From: an uncultured Nitrososphaerales archaeon
GTDB lineage: Archaea; Thermoproteota; Nitrososphaeria; Nitrososphaerales; Nitrososphaeraceae
Assembly: GCA_963695855.1 (NCBI GenBank)
Contig: CAVOHZ010000008.1
Location: forward strand, 1 to 64,000
DNA: 64,000 nucleotides
Direction: 5' to 3'
The position numbers and the translations under genes are program-made. Positions 32,679 through 43,610 of this stretch are shown one piece after another; positions within the stretch are counted from its first letter, which is position 1, and each line of letters begins with the position of its first letter. The notes below the pieces were generated by a model, which was not told the DNA's origin, made no database searches, and saw nothing but the letters and a program-made list of their open reading frames with translations.

Positions 32679-33686
32679 ATGGAAAGAGTACCAGTTACTA
32701 AAGAGAACTTTATTCAGATCCTTGTTGACTATACTGAATGGAAATATAGCGATGAGATCAAAAATTCAATAAATGAATGTACATGGGATCTTGAATTTGA
32801 AAGTGATGAATTTATCTATAAACAACTTTTGTTCTGGTTTATCTTTGAAAGAATAAATCCAACCACTGGTAAAACAATACTTGATGAATTTATAGAGTTT
32901 ATTTCAACGGATCCCAACAATCGTATTCAGATTGGAAGATTCCTGAGTATGAGAGAAATAATATCAGATACCTTCAAGATAATCGATAGAAAAAAAGATA
33001 ATATGATTGTCCTTAAAGGACTATCAAACCAGAAAAAATACATGGTAAAGATTCTTCCAGAACAGATAGAACAATATACTCCTGGAAGGTTGGTAATGGC
33101 AAAGATTTTTCCTTGGGAAAATTATTACAGGTTTGCTGGAATAACAAAGATAAAAGTATACCAGGACAACAAGAAAAATTTTCAAGGCATTATCACACCA
33201 GAGATGGTAGAACAGATTCAAGACTATTTTGAAAAAAGATTTGTAAAAGATGCAGAATCAATAATTATAAGCAGGCGATCGACTTTATCCGGAATGCTTA
33301 ATAAGTTTCCGTACTGGTGGATAGATGGAATATCGGCTTCATTACTTTTAAACAAAAAAGGGAAAAAAAAGGAAAAAGTAAAGAGAATTGTTGAAGTACT
33401 TGTTAATTCTAACCGATTGAATGATTTGGTCAATAATACCTTACCAAAAGACTCACAACAAGCACTTTTGTTTATTAAGCAAAAAGGAGGTGTAGTAAAA
33501 TACAAAGAGATTGTAGCGAAATATATCGATGATACAAATCTTTCCTGGGGAAAAGATCCACCAAATTCATCTATAGGATTACTTCGTAGACATGGTTTGG
33601 TTATAGCAGGAAGAATGTTAATAAACAATAGATTCTATAAGGTGATTTTGATCCCAAAAGAAATATTGGAAAAACTGAGTTTCTGA
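32679..33686 (+). CDS. Hypothetical protein
   Basis: 335-aa ORF; WFIFER...GKTILDEF N-terminus and wHTH-like C-terminus. Confidence 0.75.
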   Translation: MERVPVTKENFIQILVDYTEWKYSDEIKNSINECTWDLEFESDEFIYKQLLFWFIFERINPTTGKTILDEFIEFISTDPNNRIQIGRFLSMREIISDTFKIIDRKKDNMIVLKGLSNQKKYMVKILPEQIEQYTPGRLVMAKIFPWENYYRFAGITKIKVYQDNKKNFQGIITPEMVEQIQDYFEKRFVKDAESIIISRRSTLSGMLNKFPYWWIDGISASLLLNKKGKKKEKVKRIVEVLVNSNRLNDLVNNTLPKDSQQALLFIKQKGGVVKYKEIVAKYIDDTNLSWGKDPPNSSIGLLRRHGLVIAGRMLINNRFYKVILIPKEILEKLSF

Positions 33687-34020
33687 ATAAGGAGAAAAAT
33701 TGCTGTATAAATATATTGACAAATAAGTTCCATTGAAATATTGTGAAATTAGGATATCTGGATAGTTACTCTAACGGTAACAATATATAATTTAAAAAGA
33801 TTTAATAATATTGAAACTATTTTTGGTTATATAGTAATCAATTATAGATAAAGTTTCCTGAAATACATATTTAATATTTATTGCTATTTATGAATATGCC
33901 AGTAATATTATCTTCTTTGCATGAACGTCATAATAGTGGATGTTACAAATTTAGTAAAAAGATTTTCTTCTAATGTAGTCCGCTCCAAAAATTAAATTCC
34001 TAATAATTAAATGATATATA

Positions 34021-34072
34021 TGCAAGTTAGTAGAACCCTGCTACATGGAGGATCCAACTCCCGACAGGCACG
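34021..34072 (+). repeat. att-like motif, subfamily A, with near-complete core
   Basis: TTAGTAGAACCCTGCTACATGGAGGATCCAACTCCCGACAGGCACG versus tRNA CAACTCCCGACGGGCCCG. Confidence 0.85.
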
Positions 34073-34233
34073 AAGATTTTTAGGTGATTTTTTAATTTAG
34101 AAATATGAATAAAATCCGAATAAAATGACATCGTTCAAATTATAAAATAAATTAATATTTAATTTAATTTTCTGTACATTTGAATTGTTATATTCTTGAT
34201 CTAATTATATTGATAAATAACCAATTTGAATTT

Positions 34234-34920
34234 TCAACCTTCATATCCGCATTCACCAGATCTCGGTGAATTGACTATTGACAACATCATTTCTTCACCA
34301 CATTTATGATGTTGTATACAATTATCACAAAACGATGCTTTATTTCTGTCTTTTTCATGGATACAAATAGTACAAATTTTTGAAGCATCTTCTTTTTTAC
34401 ACTTTGCACATTTGAAAACAAGTGTATTGTTTCTGGCAACAAGTTTAATCTTTTCATTTTTTTTATTACTTAGAATCTTACCTGGTCTATCTGAAATAAC
34501 ACTAATTACAAGTTCAGTACTACTTCCATAATCATATATATAATCCAAATTCATTCCAGGTTGAAATATACCGCTTACAGGTATTGACATGCCCTTACGA
34601 TTTTCATATCTTTTACCATTAATAGTAAAATCACTTAAATGACCACAACATTCAAGCCAGGTATCTCTCAAGAACTTGTCTATATCCTTGAGTTTGCTTC
34701 TACCATCAGATTCAATAAACATCCAGTATTCTGGATAATATTTTGAAGAGATTTTTAATAGAAAAATAATATTTTTATTATCACTTGATATATTATTTTT
34801 GAGTATTTCAAAGTGAATATTTTTTCTTTGTTCGCAAGATTCAAGATGTTTAGCCATAGTAATACCATCATAATCTTTTGAGCAATAGGAACAATTTCCA
34901 TAAGTAACTGTCTTTTTCAC
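34234..34920 (-). CDS. pRiA4b ORF-3 / IS1096-passenger TnpR-like protein with zinc-binding Cys clusters
   Basis: LRDTWLECCGHLSDF, YIYDYGSST, VNSPRSGECGY. Confidence 0.8.
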   Translation of the reverse strand: MKKTVTYGNCSYCSKDYDGITMAKHLESCEQRKNIHFEILKNNISSDNKNIIFLLKISSKYYPEYWMFIESDGRSKLKDIDKFLRDTWLECCGHLSDFTINGKRYENRKGMSIPVSGIFQPGMNLDYIYDYGSSTELVISVISDRPGKILSNKKNEKIKLVARNNTLVFKCAKCKKEDASKICTICIHEKDRNKASFCDNCIQHHKCGEEMMLSIVNSPRSGECGYEG

Positions 34921-35065
34921 AATGATACGTATTTTAAATTATTATTTATTAGTTTTGAGTAATATATGGATAATCAGAAATTGAAAACAAAGGCTATATA
35001 TTTAAAGTTACATGATAATAACTAAATATCAAATAAAATTTTAAATATTTTCATTGTATCACAAA

Positions 35066-35104
35066 ATTGGACTCCTTTTTTCGCATCACTATCGGTATTA
35101 CTCC
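35066..35104 (+). repeat. att-like motif, subfamily B (degenerate)
   Basis: ATTGGACTCCTTTTTTCGCATCACTATCGGTATTACTCC. Confidence 0.75.
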
Positions 35105-35156
35105 AAATGAAGTGAAACATTCACAAAATTTTAAATTGATTGAATCTATTTTATTA

Positions 35157-36029
35157 TCATTTATTACTTTTGATATAATTCTTAATAAACCACAATAAAA
35201 AATGATTCCATTCATCTTTAGTTTGTGATCTTTCTAATGAATTGTAATAGCTATTTCTTCCTTCATATGGAATATTAAACATAGGATATCCACTTTTATT
35301 TAAAACAAAATTCATCATTAACCTTGATATTCTACCATTTCCATCGCCGAATGGATGAATAGTTACAAATTTTAGATGAACAAATGCTGCTAATTCAATA
35401 GGATGCAACTTTTCTTTTTTATTATACCATTTAAAAAACTCTATTAGTAATGGGTAAATTTCTACTGGTAATGGAGGAATAAACTTGCTACCTGAAATTC
35501 CAACTTTGTGTTTTCTTATATTCCCAGAAATATCTGGTTTTGTATCCTGAAAGAGAACTTTATGCCATTCTAAGATTGCACTATATGATAAATCTTTTTT
35601 ATATTTTAATATTTTATAAAATAATTTTTTATGAGATTCTGCTTCTTTAATATCTTCAATAGGTTTATCTTTTGGAGTAATTCCTTTCTCCAATAAATTT
35701 GCAGTATCTCTTAATGATAATGTTGAACCTTCTATTCTTTGGGTATCATAAGTAAATCTGGTAGCAAATAATACTATTGATTTTTCTTTAATAGATCTTG
35801 GCATATTTTTGATTTCTTTATTGTAATTATTTTTTATGAGTTCAATAGAATCATACAATTCTTTGTAAGATTCTCTAAATATTTTGATCTTTAATTCATC
35901 TATATTTTTAGGTATTTGTTTCCCAATGTATTTTTCTCTATATTCTACTCTACCTGCTTTTCTTATTGTTTGTTGAAGATAATAGTATACATTACCTTTA
36001 TTGTCCTTTTTTTTCTTTATTGATACCAT
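35157..36029 (-). CDS. Fic-domain protein
   Basis: HPFGDGNGRISR; TQRIEGSTL inhibitory-helix-like motif. Confidence 0.93.
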   Translation of the reverse strand: MVSIKKKKDNKGNVYYYLQQTIRKAGRVEYREKYIGKQIPKNIDELKIKIFRESYKELYDSIELIKNNYNKEIKNMPRSIKEKSIVLFATRFTYDTQRIEGSTLSLRDTANLLEKGITPKDKPIEDIKEAESHKKLFYKILKYKKDLSYSAILEWHKVLFQDTKPDISGNIRKHKVGISGSKFIPPLPVEIYPLLIEFFKWYNKKEKLHPIELAAFVHLKFVTIHPFGDGNGRISRLMMNFVLNKSGYPMFNIPYEGRNSYYNSLERSQTKDEWNHFLLWFIKNYIKSNK

Positions 36030-36036
36030 GCAAACT

Positions 36037-36088
36037 ATACCCTTACAAATTGATATTTAAATATAATAATATTAAAATGTAAGGGTAT
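36037..36088. promoter_or_regulatory. 11-bp perfect inverted repeat around the fic promoter
   Basis: ATACCCTTACA (36037-36047) and TGTAAGGGTAT (36078-36088) flank a TTTAAATA box. Confidence 0.65.
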
Positions 36089-36124
36089 TCAATTGTTTGA
36101 ATAATTAATTTTATGAATGTTACC

Positions 36125-36175
36125 ATAAAAGCTAAATACATGGTAGTTGAACCCTACTACATGCAGGTTTTACTT
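36125..36175 (+). repeat. att-like motif, subfamily A (core decayed)
   Basis: ATAAAAGCTAAATACATGGTAGTTGAACCCTACTACATGCAGGTTTTACTT. Confidence 0.82.
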
Positions 36176-36313
36176 TATTTCAAATAAATTTTGGTCAAAT
36201 CTGATAACTTTTCATTATAAATTTTAGTGAACAGCCATTATAAGATACCTTTGGAATTATGGGTTATTATACACATATTTATACTACTAAATATCCTAGA
36301 TGTCATTTTTTTG

Positions 36314-36616
36314 TTAAACCTTATAATATTTAGGTTTTGGTCCGACTTCTGACAGAAGTGTCTTAAAAATACTCTTATTATTGTCTATCTTAGTGATACA
36401 TACTTTGATATAATGCGGTGCTTCACCATGAGCGCAAGAATGAGCAATATCTCCCTCAATCTCATTACACCACACGTAAGCATGAAGGAAATATTGTGGA
36501 GCTTTGGCCTGAACACCACCAGAATAATTATCCCAATGCAGCTTTCTTAATTTAGAACTTTCTACTTCTGCAATCCTCCAATCATTCCACTTACGTCTTA
36601 CGGATATTTTTTCCAA
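36314..36616 (-). CDS. Hypothetical protein, possibly His/Cys metal-binding
   Basis: HWD..GG..AP..LHAYVWC..HSCAHG.PH.IKVC. Confidence 0.7.
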   Translation of the reverse strand: MEKISVRRKWNDWRIAEVESSKLRKLHWDNYSGGVQAKAPQYFLHAYVWCNEIEGDIAHSCAHGEAPHYIKVCITKIDNNKSIFKTLLSEVGPKPKYYKV

Positions 36617-37671
36617 ACCAATTAAAATTAATAAGTCACGTATTTTAATTTATTTAATTTAGTATGTTAAAATTATCTTGTACTTTAAAGTAATATTTAA
36701 TCTCTCTTGTACTGATTTACGTGACCACATTTGGGGAACCGGTGGACTCCATGTATCAAAAGTTTCTGCAATTAAACCAATTTTAGGCCCTGAGATTTCA
36801 GGTATACCTTCATAAGATGGTCCTTCATAATTACATATAGTGTCCAATTAATTAATCGTAAAAGCCTCCTTTGTTTCACCAGATGCAAGCTTTGATTTAA
36901 TTTCGTCATTGTTATTATTGGTAATTATTTTTAATTTTGGTTTCTGGTCTTTAATATGCAATTTGTCTATTTTGCTTTCACCTTTGATAATGTAATCAAT
37001 ACTTCCAGTGACGAAGCATACTGTTTCTTCAATAAGCAATGGGTATACTATATTTCTTAACTCTAAATGTTCTAAAGAGTGATGTAATATAATTTCTAAA
37101 TATAGTTTCTAGTGGTTTAAAAAATATCTAAAACCACCCATTTATGGAGTACATTTTAAAATACCTATTAATTAAAACAAAATTAACAATTATCTGTATA
37201 ATAATATTAAAGATGCATTTGTAATTATATAATATTTTTAACAAATTTTAAAGAATTTGTAAAATCTTGTTAAGATTAATATATAACTACAAAAGCTCAG
37301 CTTAAATCTGTATATGAGACTTAATACAAAAAAATCTAAATTTATATCAACAGCAACAACAAAAACCAGTGGACAATCCAGCAGAAGACAAAGGCCCTAT
37401 TCCAGTTGTATCAATTCAACAAGAACATAAAGATGAAACAGAAGAAGAGGATAACAACGAACGAAAACAACAAGAAGAACAACAATGAAGACGATTCAGA
37501 TTCAGGGGAGTGAATAAAGAAGAAATGACAACAGTATATACAACAATTTGTATAAGATGCAGAAAGGAGTTTATCGAACAAACGGGAAAGGTTTGCATCT
37601 ATTGTAGTGGATTGGTTTGTCCTTTTTGTTTTAATAACCACATGGAAGAGAGACATAAGGGATGGCTATAA

Positions 37672-38082
37672 TCAAGGTAGACGCTTTAATTGGGTTTTAC
37701 ATTTCTCACAAAAATTAAATTCTTTATTATTTGGATAACGACAATTCCAACATATAACAAAGTCGACATTTTTAAAAATACGTTGTTTGGCTTTCTCTTC
37801 TAAGGCAGCCAATTCATCTTGATTATTTGAATATATATTATTAAGTACTGTCCTTACTATTGATGCAATAAAAAACATCCCATCTGGCTGTGCTTCTAAT
37901 CTTGTTTTTTGATTCACATTGTCATAACTAACTCCAAATTCTATTTTCAATGGAAGGACATTCTTATCTAAATCCTGATATACGTCTCGACGTATATCCT
38001 CAAATCTTGTCATACATTCCAAAAAAATTGTGTATTCTAATGGGTATTTCTGTTTAAAATATTCTAATGGGTCGTAACTCAT
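37672..38082 (-). CDS. Hypothetical protein with C-terminal zinc ribbon
   Basis: CWNC..N...FCEKC. Confidence 0.65.
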   Translation of the reverse strand: MSYDPLEYFKQKYPLEYTIFLECMTRFEDIRRDVYQDLDKNVLPLKIEFGVSYDNVNQKTRLEAQPDGMFFIASIVRTVLNNIYSNNQDELAALEEKAKQRIFKNVDFVICWNCRYPNNKEFNFCEKCKTQLKRLP

Positions 38083-38184
38083 TCATTTGATATTCTGATA
38101 ATATCAATTAAACTTTCACCCACTTTTCAACACCCAAATACAACACCCGAAGATTCAACAGAACCAGATTTTTCAATTTCTATC

Positions 38185-38521
38185 ATTTAAAGGAATTCAA
38201 CCAACAATTAAGGTAAGAAAGAATTCTAGATGTAGAAAGACTAACCATTATTTGAGAAACAAGAACGTACAATTACATAAAACCAATCTACAACAATGGA
38301 AGGATAGTGTAGACGATGGACAAAGATGGATTGTAGAAACAGTATTTTCCTGCATTAAGAGAATGTTTGGAGAATATGTTACTGCTATCAGATTTGAGAA
38401 CATGATAAAAGAGATGATATTAAAAGCATCATTGTATAACTGGTTTCAAAGTATAACTGTTACATAATTTACATTAGTAACAAAAAATAGATGATTATCT
38501 AAATGAGTTACGCAACAGACC
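38185..38521 (+). pseudogene. IS5-family transposase 3' remnant with TIR
   Basis: RWIVETVFSCIKRMFGE; end AGTTACGCAACAGACC. Confidence 0.8.
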
Positions 38522-38760
38522 AAAAATATGTATAAGTGTTTTTTGTAATTCCGAACATAGCCAATATATTTTTTAGTTTATTCAAACAATTATGATTTTA
38601 AAACAAATGTCGTATAATAGATTCAATCTAAGACCAATTTGTTCAATTTTCCAGTTATTGTTGAACAAATCAGATTCATAGAGTATGACATTCCATTCTT
38701 TTTTTTAAACCTTTTGAATTTGAAATATTCAATAGTCAAATAATATCATGATACTATTAA

Positions 38761-38822
38761 TAAAAGTTAAATACAAGGTAATAGAATCTCTACATTAGAC
38801 TCTTATTTTTCGCCTCTATCGT
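38761..38822 (+). repeat. att-like motif, subfamily B (A/B hybrid start, core lost)
   Basis: TAAAAGTTAAATACAAGGTAATAGAATCTCTACATTAGACTCTTATTTTTCGCCTCTATCG. Confidence 0.8.
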
Positions 38823-38989
38823 ATATCTTAATAAAATTCTAATACTCATTTTTTTTATTTTTTGACGATGGGTGTTAGAGGCTACCATAACACCCGCTCG
38901 GAGCAAGAAAGAATAGAGGAGTAGCAACTAATATTAAACCTGAATGAATAAAAATTTTGATTAAGAAGATTCGGAATTATGTTAGAGAA

Positions 38990-39182
38990 ATATCCTACCT
39001 TTTTACATTCATTCATCTTTTCGAATTCAGTATCCCAGTTATCTATAACGTCAAAACCAAATAATACCTCGCCACGTTTAACAAGAGATTCATTGTACTT
39101 CTTGCCGTTCACATGTATATCATGACTAGGATATAGGTTATATAGCTAAATGTGTTAGGAATAGTAAGTTAGGCAACAAAGC
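38990..39182 (-). pseudogene. IS5-family transposase 5' remnant with TIR
   Basis: YNESLVKRGEVL..DNWD.E..KMN; end GCTTTGTTGCCTAACT. Confidence 0.7.
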
Positions 39183-39199
39183 ATTTATTATTCTTAAAA

Positions 39200-39601
39200 G
39201 TGATACTAAATAATATGTCTAATGGTACTAGTCCAAAAAGTTCTTCTAAAAAGCCTACTAAAAATATCACAACAGCGAAGGAAGTAAAAGAAACAAAATC
39301 AGTTCCTATAACCGTACAATTAAACATACTTAAAGTTCTGCTAAATGACCGTTCTCTTATTCCATTATTGAGAATACTAAAAAAGAACAAAGAGTTGCAC
39401 ACAAGAGAATTACTTAGCAATATAGGAAGTTGGGGATATGGACAATCCTTAATGAAAAGAGCCACAAATTTAGGTTTGATTGAAAGAAAAGTAAAGAAAG
39501 AAAAATCTCCTGGGCGAGGTAAACCAAGGATTTATAATTCTTTAACAAATAAGGGTAGAGAAGTAATAGGATTAGCTGATAAAGTCGTATACACAAAGTA
39601 A
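39200..39601 (+). CDS. Winged-HTH transcriptional regulator
   Basis: LGLIER...GRG.PR.Y.SLT.KG. Confidence 0.75.
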   Translation: MILNNMSNGTSPKSSSKKPTKNITTAKEVKETKSVPITVQLNILKVLLNDRSLIPLLRILKKNKELHTRELLSNIGSWGYGQSLMKRATNLGLIERKVKKEKSPGRGKPRIYNSLTNKGREVIGLADKVVYTK

Positions 39602-39977
39602 TTGTTTGGAAAAAACCTCTTATTTAGTATAACGTTACTAGTATTTGAACAAACTTTAGCCATAAGTAGATAAGAATTTTTGTTGTCTGATAGTAACTAA
39701 TAGTATCGAAGTTACTTCAAATATTAATCACTTTATAATGGTTTAAATGTATTAAGTTTTTTATCCTCTCCATAATGTATAACTATTGTAAGTCATGTGA
39801 ATATTAGGTAAGATGAATAGCTACGCTAAAATCATCCCCTGACGTTCACTATTCTGAAAGATTTAAAGAACTAAAATTAGCCATACATACCTTAAGTAAT
39901 GTTATCTAGGTCTAAACTTCTATCTTAAATTTCACATATTTCATTTTCAAAAATAATTAAAAATTAAGTTTCTAATG

Positions 39978-40051
39978 ATAAAAGCTAAATAGCAGGTTGT
40001 AGTATCTCTACATTAGACTCTTATTTTAGCACCGCTATAGGTGTTACTCCC
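39978..40051 (+). repeat. att-like motif, subfamily B (near full length)
   Basis: ATAAAAGCTAAATAGCAGGTTGTAGTATCTCTACATTAGACTCTTATTTTAGCACCGCTATAGGTGTTACTCCC. Confidence 0.88.
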
Positions 40052-40108
40052 CTACTTGCCTTGTCATATCAGTTTTTACATTTTGATACATTTTTACTTT
40101 TGAGGAGG

Positions 40109-40477
40109 TTATGAAAATATTTTGCTACGTCTTGAGATTATATTAATGGCTAAATAAGAAAGAGGAGAAGCAGCTATAGAAGATAATATTGCTGATTCAA
40201 AAGGTCTGAATCCTATTAGTAATAGTTCATATAGTATTATCCATCGTGATATATTATTAACAATATCAAAGATAGACCACGTAAATATCATCTTCTTTAT
40301 TATTTGTTTGAGGCGATTAAAATTAATCTCGCTACAAAATCGATTAGTATATTTTCGTTTATTATCGATATGAAAAAGTGCTATAAAAGATACCTTATAA
40401 ATTATAAATCCTCCAATCACTGTTATCGTAGAAGTAAATATGGTATTAGGAGAATATATTTTTGTACCTTTAATCAT
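40109..40477 (-). CDS. Membrane protein (possibly 5'-truncated)
   Basis: Several hydrophobic helices. Confidence 0.55.
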   Translation of the reverse strand: MIKGTKIYSPNTIFTSTITVIGGFIIYKVSFIALFHIDNKRKYTNRFCSEINFNRLKQIIKKMIFTWSIFDIVNNISRWIILYELLLIGFRPFESAILSSIAASPLSYLAINIISRRSKIFS

Positions 40478-41939
40478 ACCACGGTAAGATAAAAAATGGT
40501 TCGTTTCAATTGTAAACTATATAGCAAATGATTTAATAATATAAATGTCAGGTCTAGGACAATTAAAAAATGAAGAGTCTACTTATTAATTGGTCCTTTT
40601 TCTGAGCTTTTTCTCGACTCATCATACATACTACCCAGTTGTTTTCTTTTTATCGTCTTTACTATCTTTTTTCTTTTTTCTAAATCTAGAAAATAGTCCC
40701 ATAAAATTATAAAAGTGGGTTTCAGATAGATAAAGATATCTAGGATAACCTAGGGATAAGACAGTATAGAATATAGATGTTATAATAAAATAAATAAATC
40801 ACACTAGTAGTAAAAAAGATTTACAAATATAATCTAAATACCAAATAAAATCAATATAGATATACAACATTTACCACAACCATGCTTTAAAATAACAAAA
40901 ACCAACAGGTATTATGGAAAAAGAGGAAAGGGATAAATCGCTTTTTGGTGATATTGCATCTGAGTTAAAAATTCAAGATGAAATAGAATCCTATGATAAT
41001 ATCATGGAACAACGCCCAAAATACAAGGTATGGTATAATTTATGTTTGGCATTGGATTCAATAGGATATCAAGAATAAACCTAAAGTATTATAATAAATA
41101 TATAACGTGGTAGTTATACAATTATTAATGTTTCTCATACCAATTATTTTCATTTTTTATCAATAGATTAAAAAATATTAAAAGTATTGGTTAAGGTATT
41201 GTACTGATTTAATTTTTTAGTTATGACGTAGTTACTGTCTTTTCTATTTGTTTTGTATAAGAAATACTTTTTCATTCACACTTGCTATTGTCATTTGAAT
41301 GGATGTATCATTCAATTCCTTTTGTTTTTTTAAGAGGTACTTTGCTCCTCTTTTTTTAAAAATCTTATTTAATTTTTTGGATAGTTTATATAGTTCGTAA
41401 AAAGATTTACTATTTTGTTTTGCTGAAGGAGAAATATCCTCATTTGAAGAAGTATCAAAAGGGGGCATATGTCAATGTTCCATCTGGCTGAAGTTTTGGA
41501 TTTGGAATAGCTTTTTGTCTATCAAATTCTACCTTACTTGTTATTGATGGAGAATATATTTAAGGACCATTATTATTTCCACTAGAAGATTTTTTTCGTT
41601 ACTCGCTTTGTTTTTGCCAATAGTCACATACTATACATATACACTCTAATATTTAATAGTTTGATACAATTAAATTGTTATAGCTGGGTGGTCATTATTC
41701 TTTGTAAGCTTCGAATCTCATGCGATTGATATATTTAGGACATTTATATAATATATCCCATACTTATATAGTATTTTTACCAATTTTTTGTAATTTAGTT
41801 ATTATTTTTACCTTAAACAATAAGGAAAGTTTGAAATATTTTACTTTCATAGTATGTGAAGTTATAAAGATTGACCACTTTTTTATGTATATTAATAGTT
41901 TATCTACACCCTTATTTACCTCTCTTCATATGCTAAAAA

Positions 41940-42479
41940 ATGTATGTTAATATGATGTCAACTAAAAAACAAGATAGAAAAGATGATAGTGAGGATTCAA
42001 TCGAAATTCATTCACAAACTGCAGAACAATTTCAACGAGAACAACAACAAACAGTTAACGAAGTAATAGATGAAACTAAAGATAATATCAAAAAAACAAT
42101 AGATGAAGCAAGAAGAGAGATTCCACGTTATACACAAATAGTTAATGATTTTCAGGAAAATAATATTCAGGCTATTAGAGAAATTACGGATAATTTTGTA
42201 GATTCTCAAAAAGATATTCTAAATAATTCATTACGCCTCTGGTCTGAGTGGACAGTTTCTCCAAGACAATTTGCTGAAAACTATGGAAAAATAGTTAGTA
42301 GTATTGCAGATAATACAGTTGCGGCAAGTAGAGTAATAAATAACACTGTATTTGCAAATCTAGATTCTGTCAATACATCTGTCAAGCACACCAAAGATAC
42401 TGTAAATGAACTATCAAAAATAGGAACCAATGTTGTTAAAACAGTTCAACAAGTTTCAAGACGCCAGTTAAAGCAATAA
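41940..42479 (+). CDS. Helical apolipoprotein/phasin-like hypothetical protein
   Basis: Amphipathic helices (DETKDNI..TIDEARREIPRYTQ). Confidence 0.7.
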   Translation: MYVNMMSTKKQDRKDDSEDSIEIHSQTAEQFQREQQQTVNEVIDETKDNIKKTIDEARREIPRYTQIVNDFQENNIQAIREITDNFVDSQKDILNNSLRLWSEWTVSPRQFAENYGKIVSSIADNTVAASRVINNTVFANLDSVNTSVKHTKDTVNELSKIGTNVVKTVQQVSRRQLKQ

Positions 42480-42837
42480 TAAGAAGAAACTCGAATTACT
42501 AACAACAACAATAAAATAAATAATAAGACAAAGAGTATCTATTTAGAGTAACATAAAATACTATAATCTCTTTTTTTTACATTTATTAATCTAGGTCATT
42601 GAACATAAGTATTAAGATAATGATGTTAGGTTTTTTACCAACACTGATGAGAGGCAAGCTGTTGAAAATTGACTTCAATATGTATAAAAATATATTAGAT
42701 GTACAATTTAAAAGTGTGATTCAATCAGTTAAATTATTTTTGCTAATTTTCTTTTTCCTTTATTCATAGATAATACAAATAGATAATTAAACTAAATATA
42801 TCTATATCAAATAGTTCCAATACTGTATAGAAATTGA

Positions 42838-43215
42838 AAACAATTTATTATTTTAACTATAGGTTTATCAATAATCATAATAATAGGTTTATTTTTTATT
42901 TTAAAAGAACAAGATAAAAAACCATACTCATTAGAAATTGACGCTATTAAAGATAAAACCGATATTTCAGGTACTATGTACAGAGTCAAAGCAACCAATA
43001 CAGGAACCAATCCTCTTACAGAACTAAAAGTAAATTTGGGAAAAGGCGATATTCAAAACATGGATTTACTGGAATCAGGACAATCATTTTTCTTTTATCC
43101 TAAACCAGACACTAATACAATTATTGTAAAAGTTACAACTAGCGAGAGAATAGAAAAAGAGAGTAATTGCCGTTCTCCATTAAAAGGATTAGGATTACCA
43201 GGGAGTGGCAGATAA
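42838..43215 (+). CDS. Small membrane-anchored hypothetical protein (start uncertain)
   Basis: In-frame TM helix upstream of the listed ATG; the stop codon abuts the next att-like motif. Confidence 0.5.
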   Translation, partial: KQFIILTIGLSIIIIIGLFFILKEQDKKPYSLEIDAIKDKTDISGTMYRVKATNTGTNPLTELKVNLGKGDIQNMDLLESGQSFFFYPKPDTNTIIVKVTTSERIEKESNCRSPLKGLGLPGSGR

Positions 43216-43255
43216 TAAAAGCTAAATACTATGTATTAGAACCCTACTACATGGA
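43214..43255 (+). repeat. att-like motif, subfamily A (truncated)
   Basis: ATAAAAGCTAAATACTATGTATTAGAACCCTACTACATGGA. Confidence 0.82.
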
Positions 43256-43368
43256 CAATTGCAAGACCAAATGATAGCTCTTTCAAGAATATTATTATTT
43301 CAAATGTTATGCATTAGTTTCTAACATTTCTAAAAAACTCTTATTAATTATATTGATAGAATAAGCTC

Positions 43369-43551
43369 ATGTTTCAACACCATGATGAACATGAATTCAA
43401 AAAAATTATCGATGAATTTATTCTATCTTCATCAAATAATGAAACAATAAAAAATATAGATTTTGAAGCATACAAATTCGGAATTTCTTTTTATAAAATG
43501 ATGTTCATATTAATCCAAAAAGATGCTCTCCATAATAGAAAATCTCAGTAA
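43369..43551 (+). CDS. Small hypothetical protein
   Basis: 60-aa ORF, only gene between two motifs. Confidence 0.5.
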   Translation: MFQHHDEHEFKKIIDEFILSSSNNETIKNIDFEAYKFGISFYKMMFILIQKDALHNRKSQ

Positions 43552-43610
43552 GATAAATGACAAACTATTAAACGGATTTTGATTTTTATATTTTAATTAA
43601 GTTTCTAATA

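Noticed and set aside
38506-39182. Single intact IS5 element
   Set aside because: The two fragments are on opposite strands and their TIRs point the same way, so they are separate remnants.
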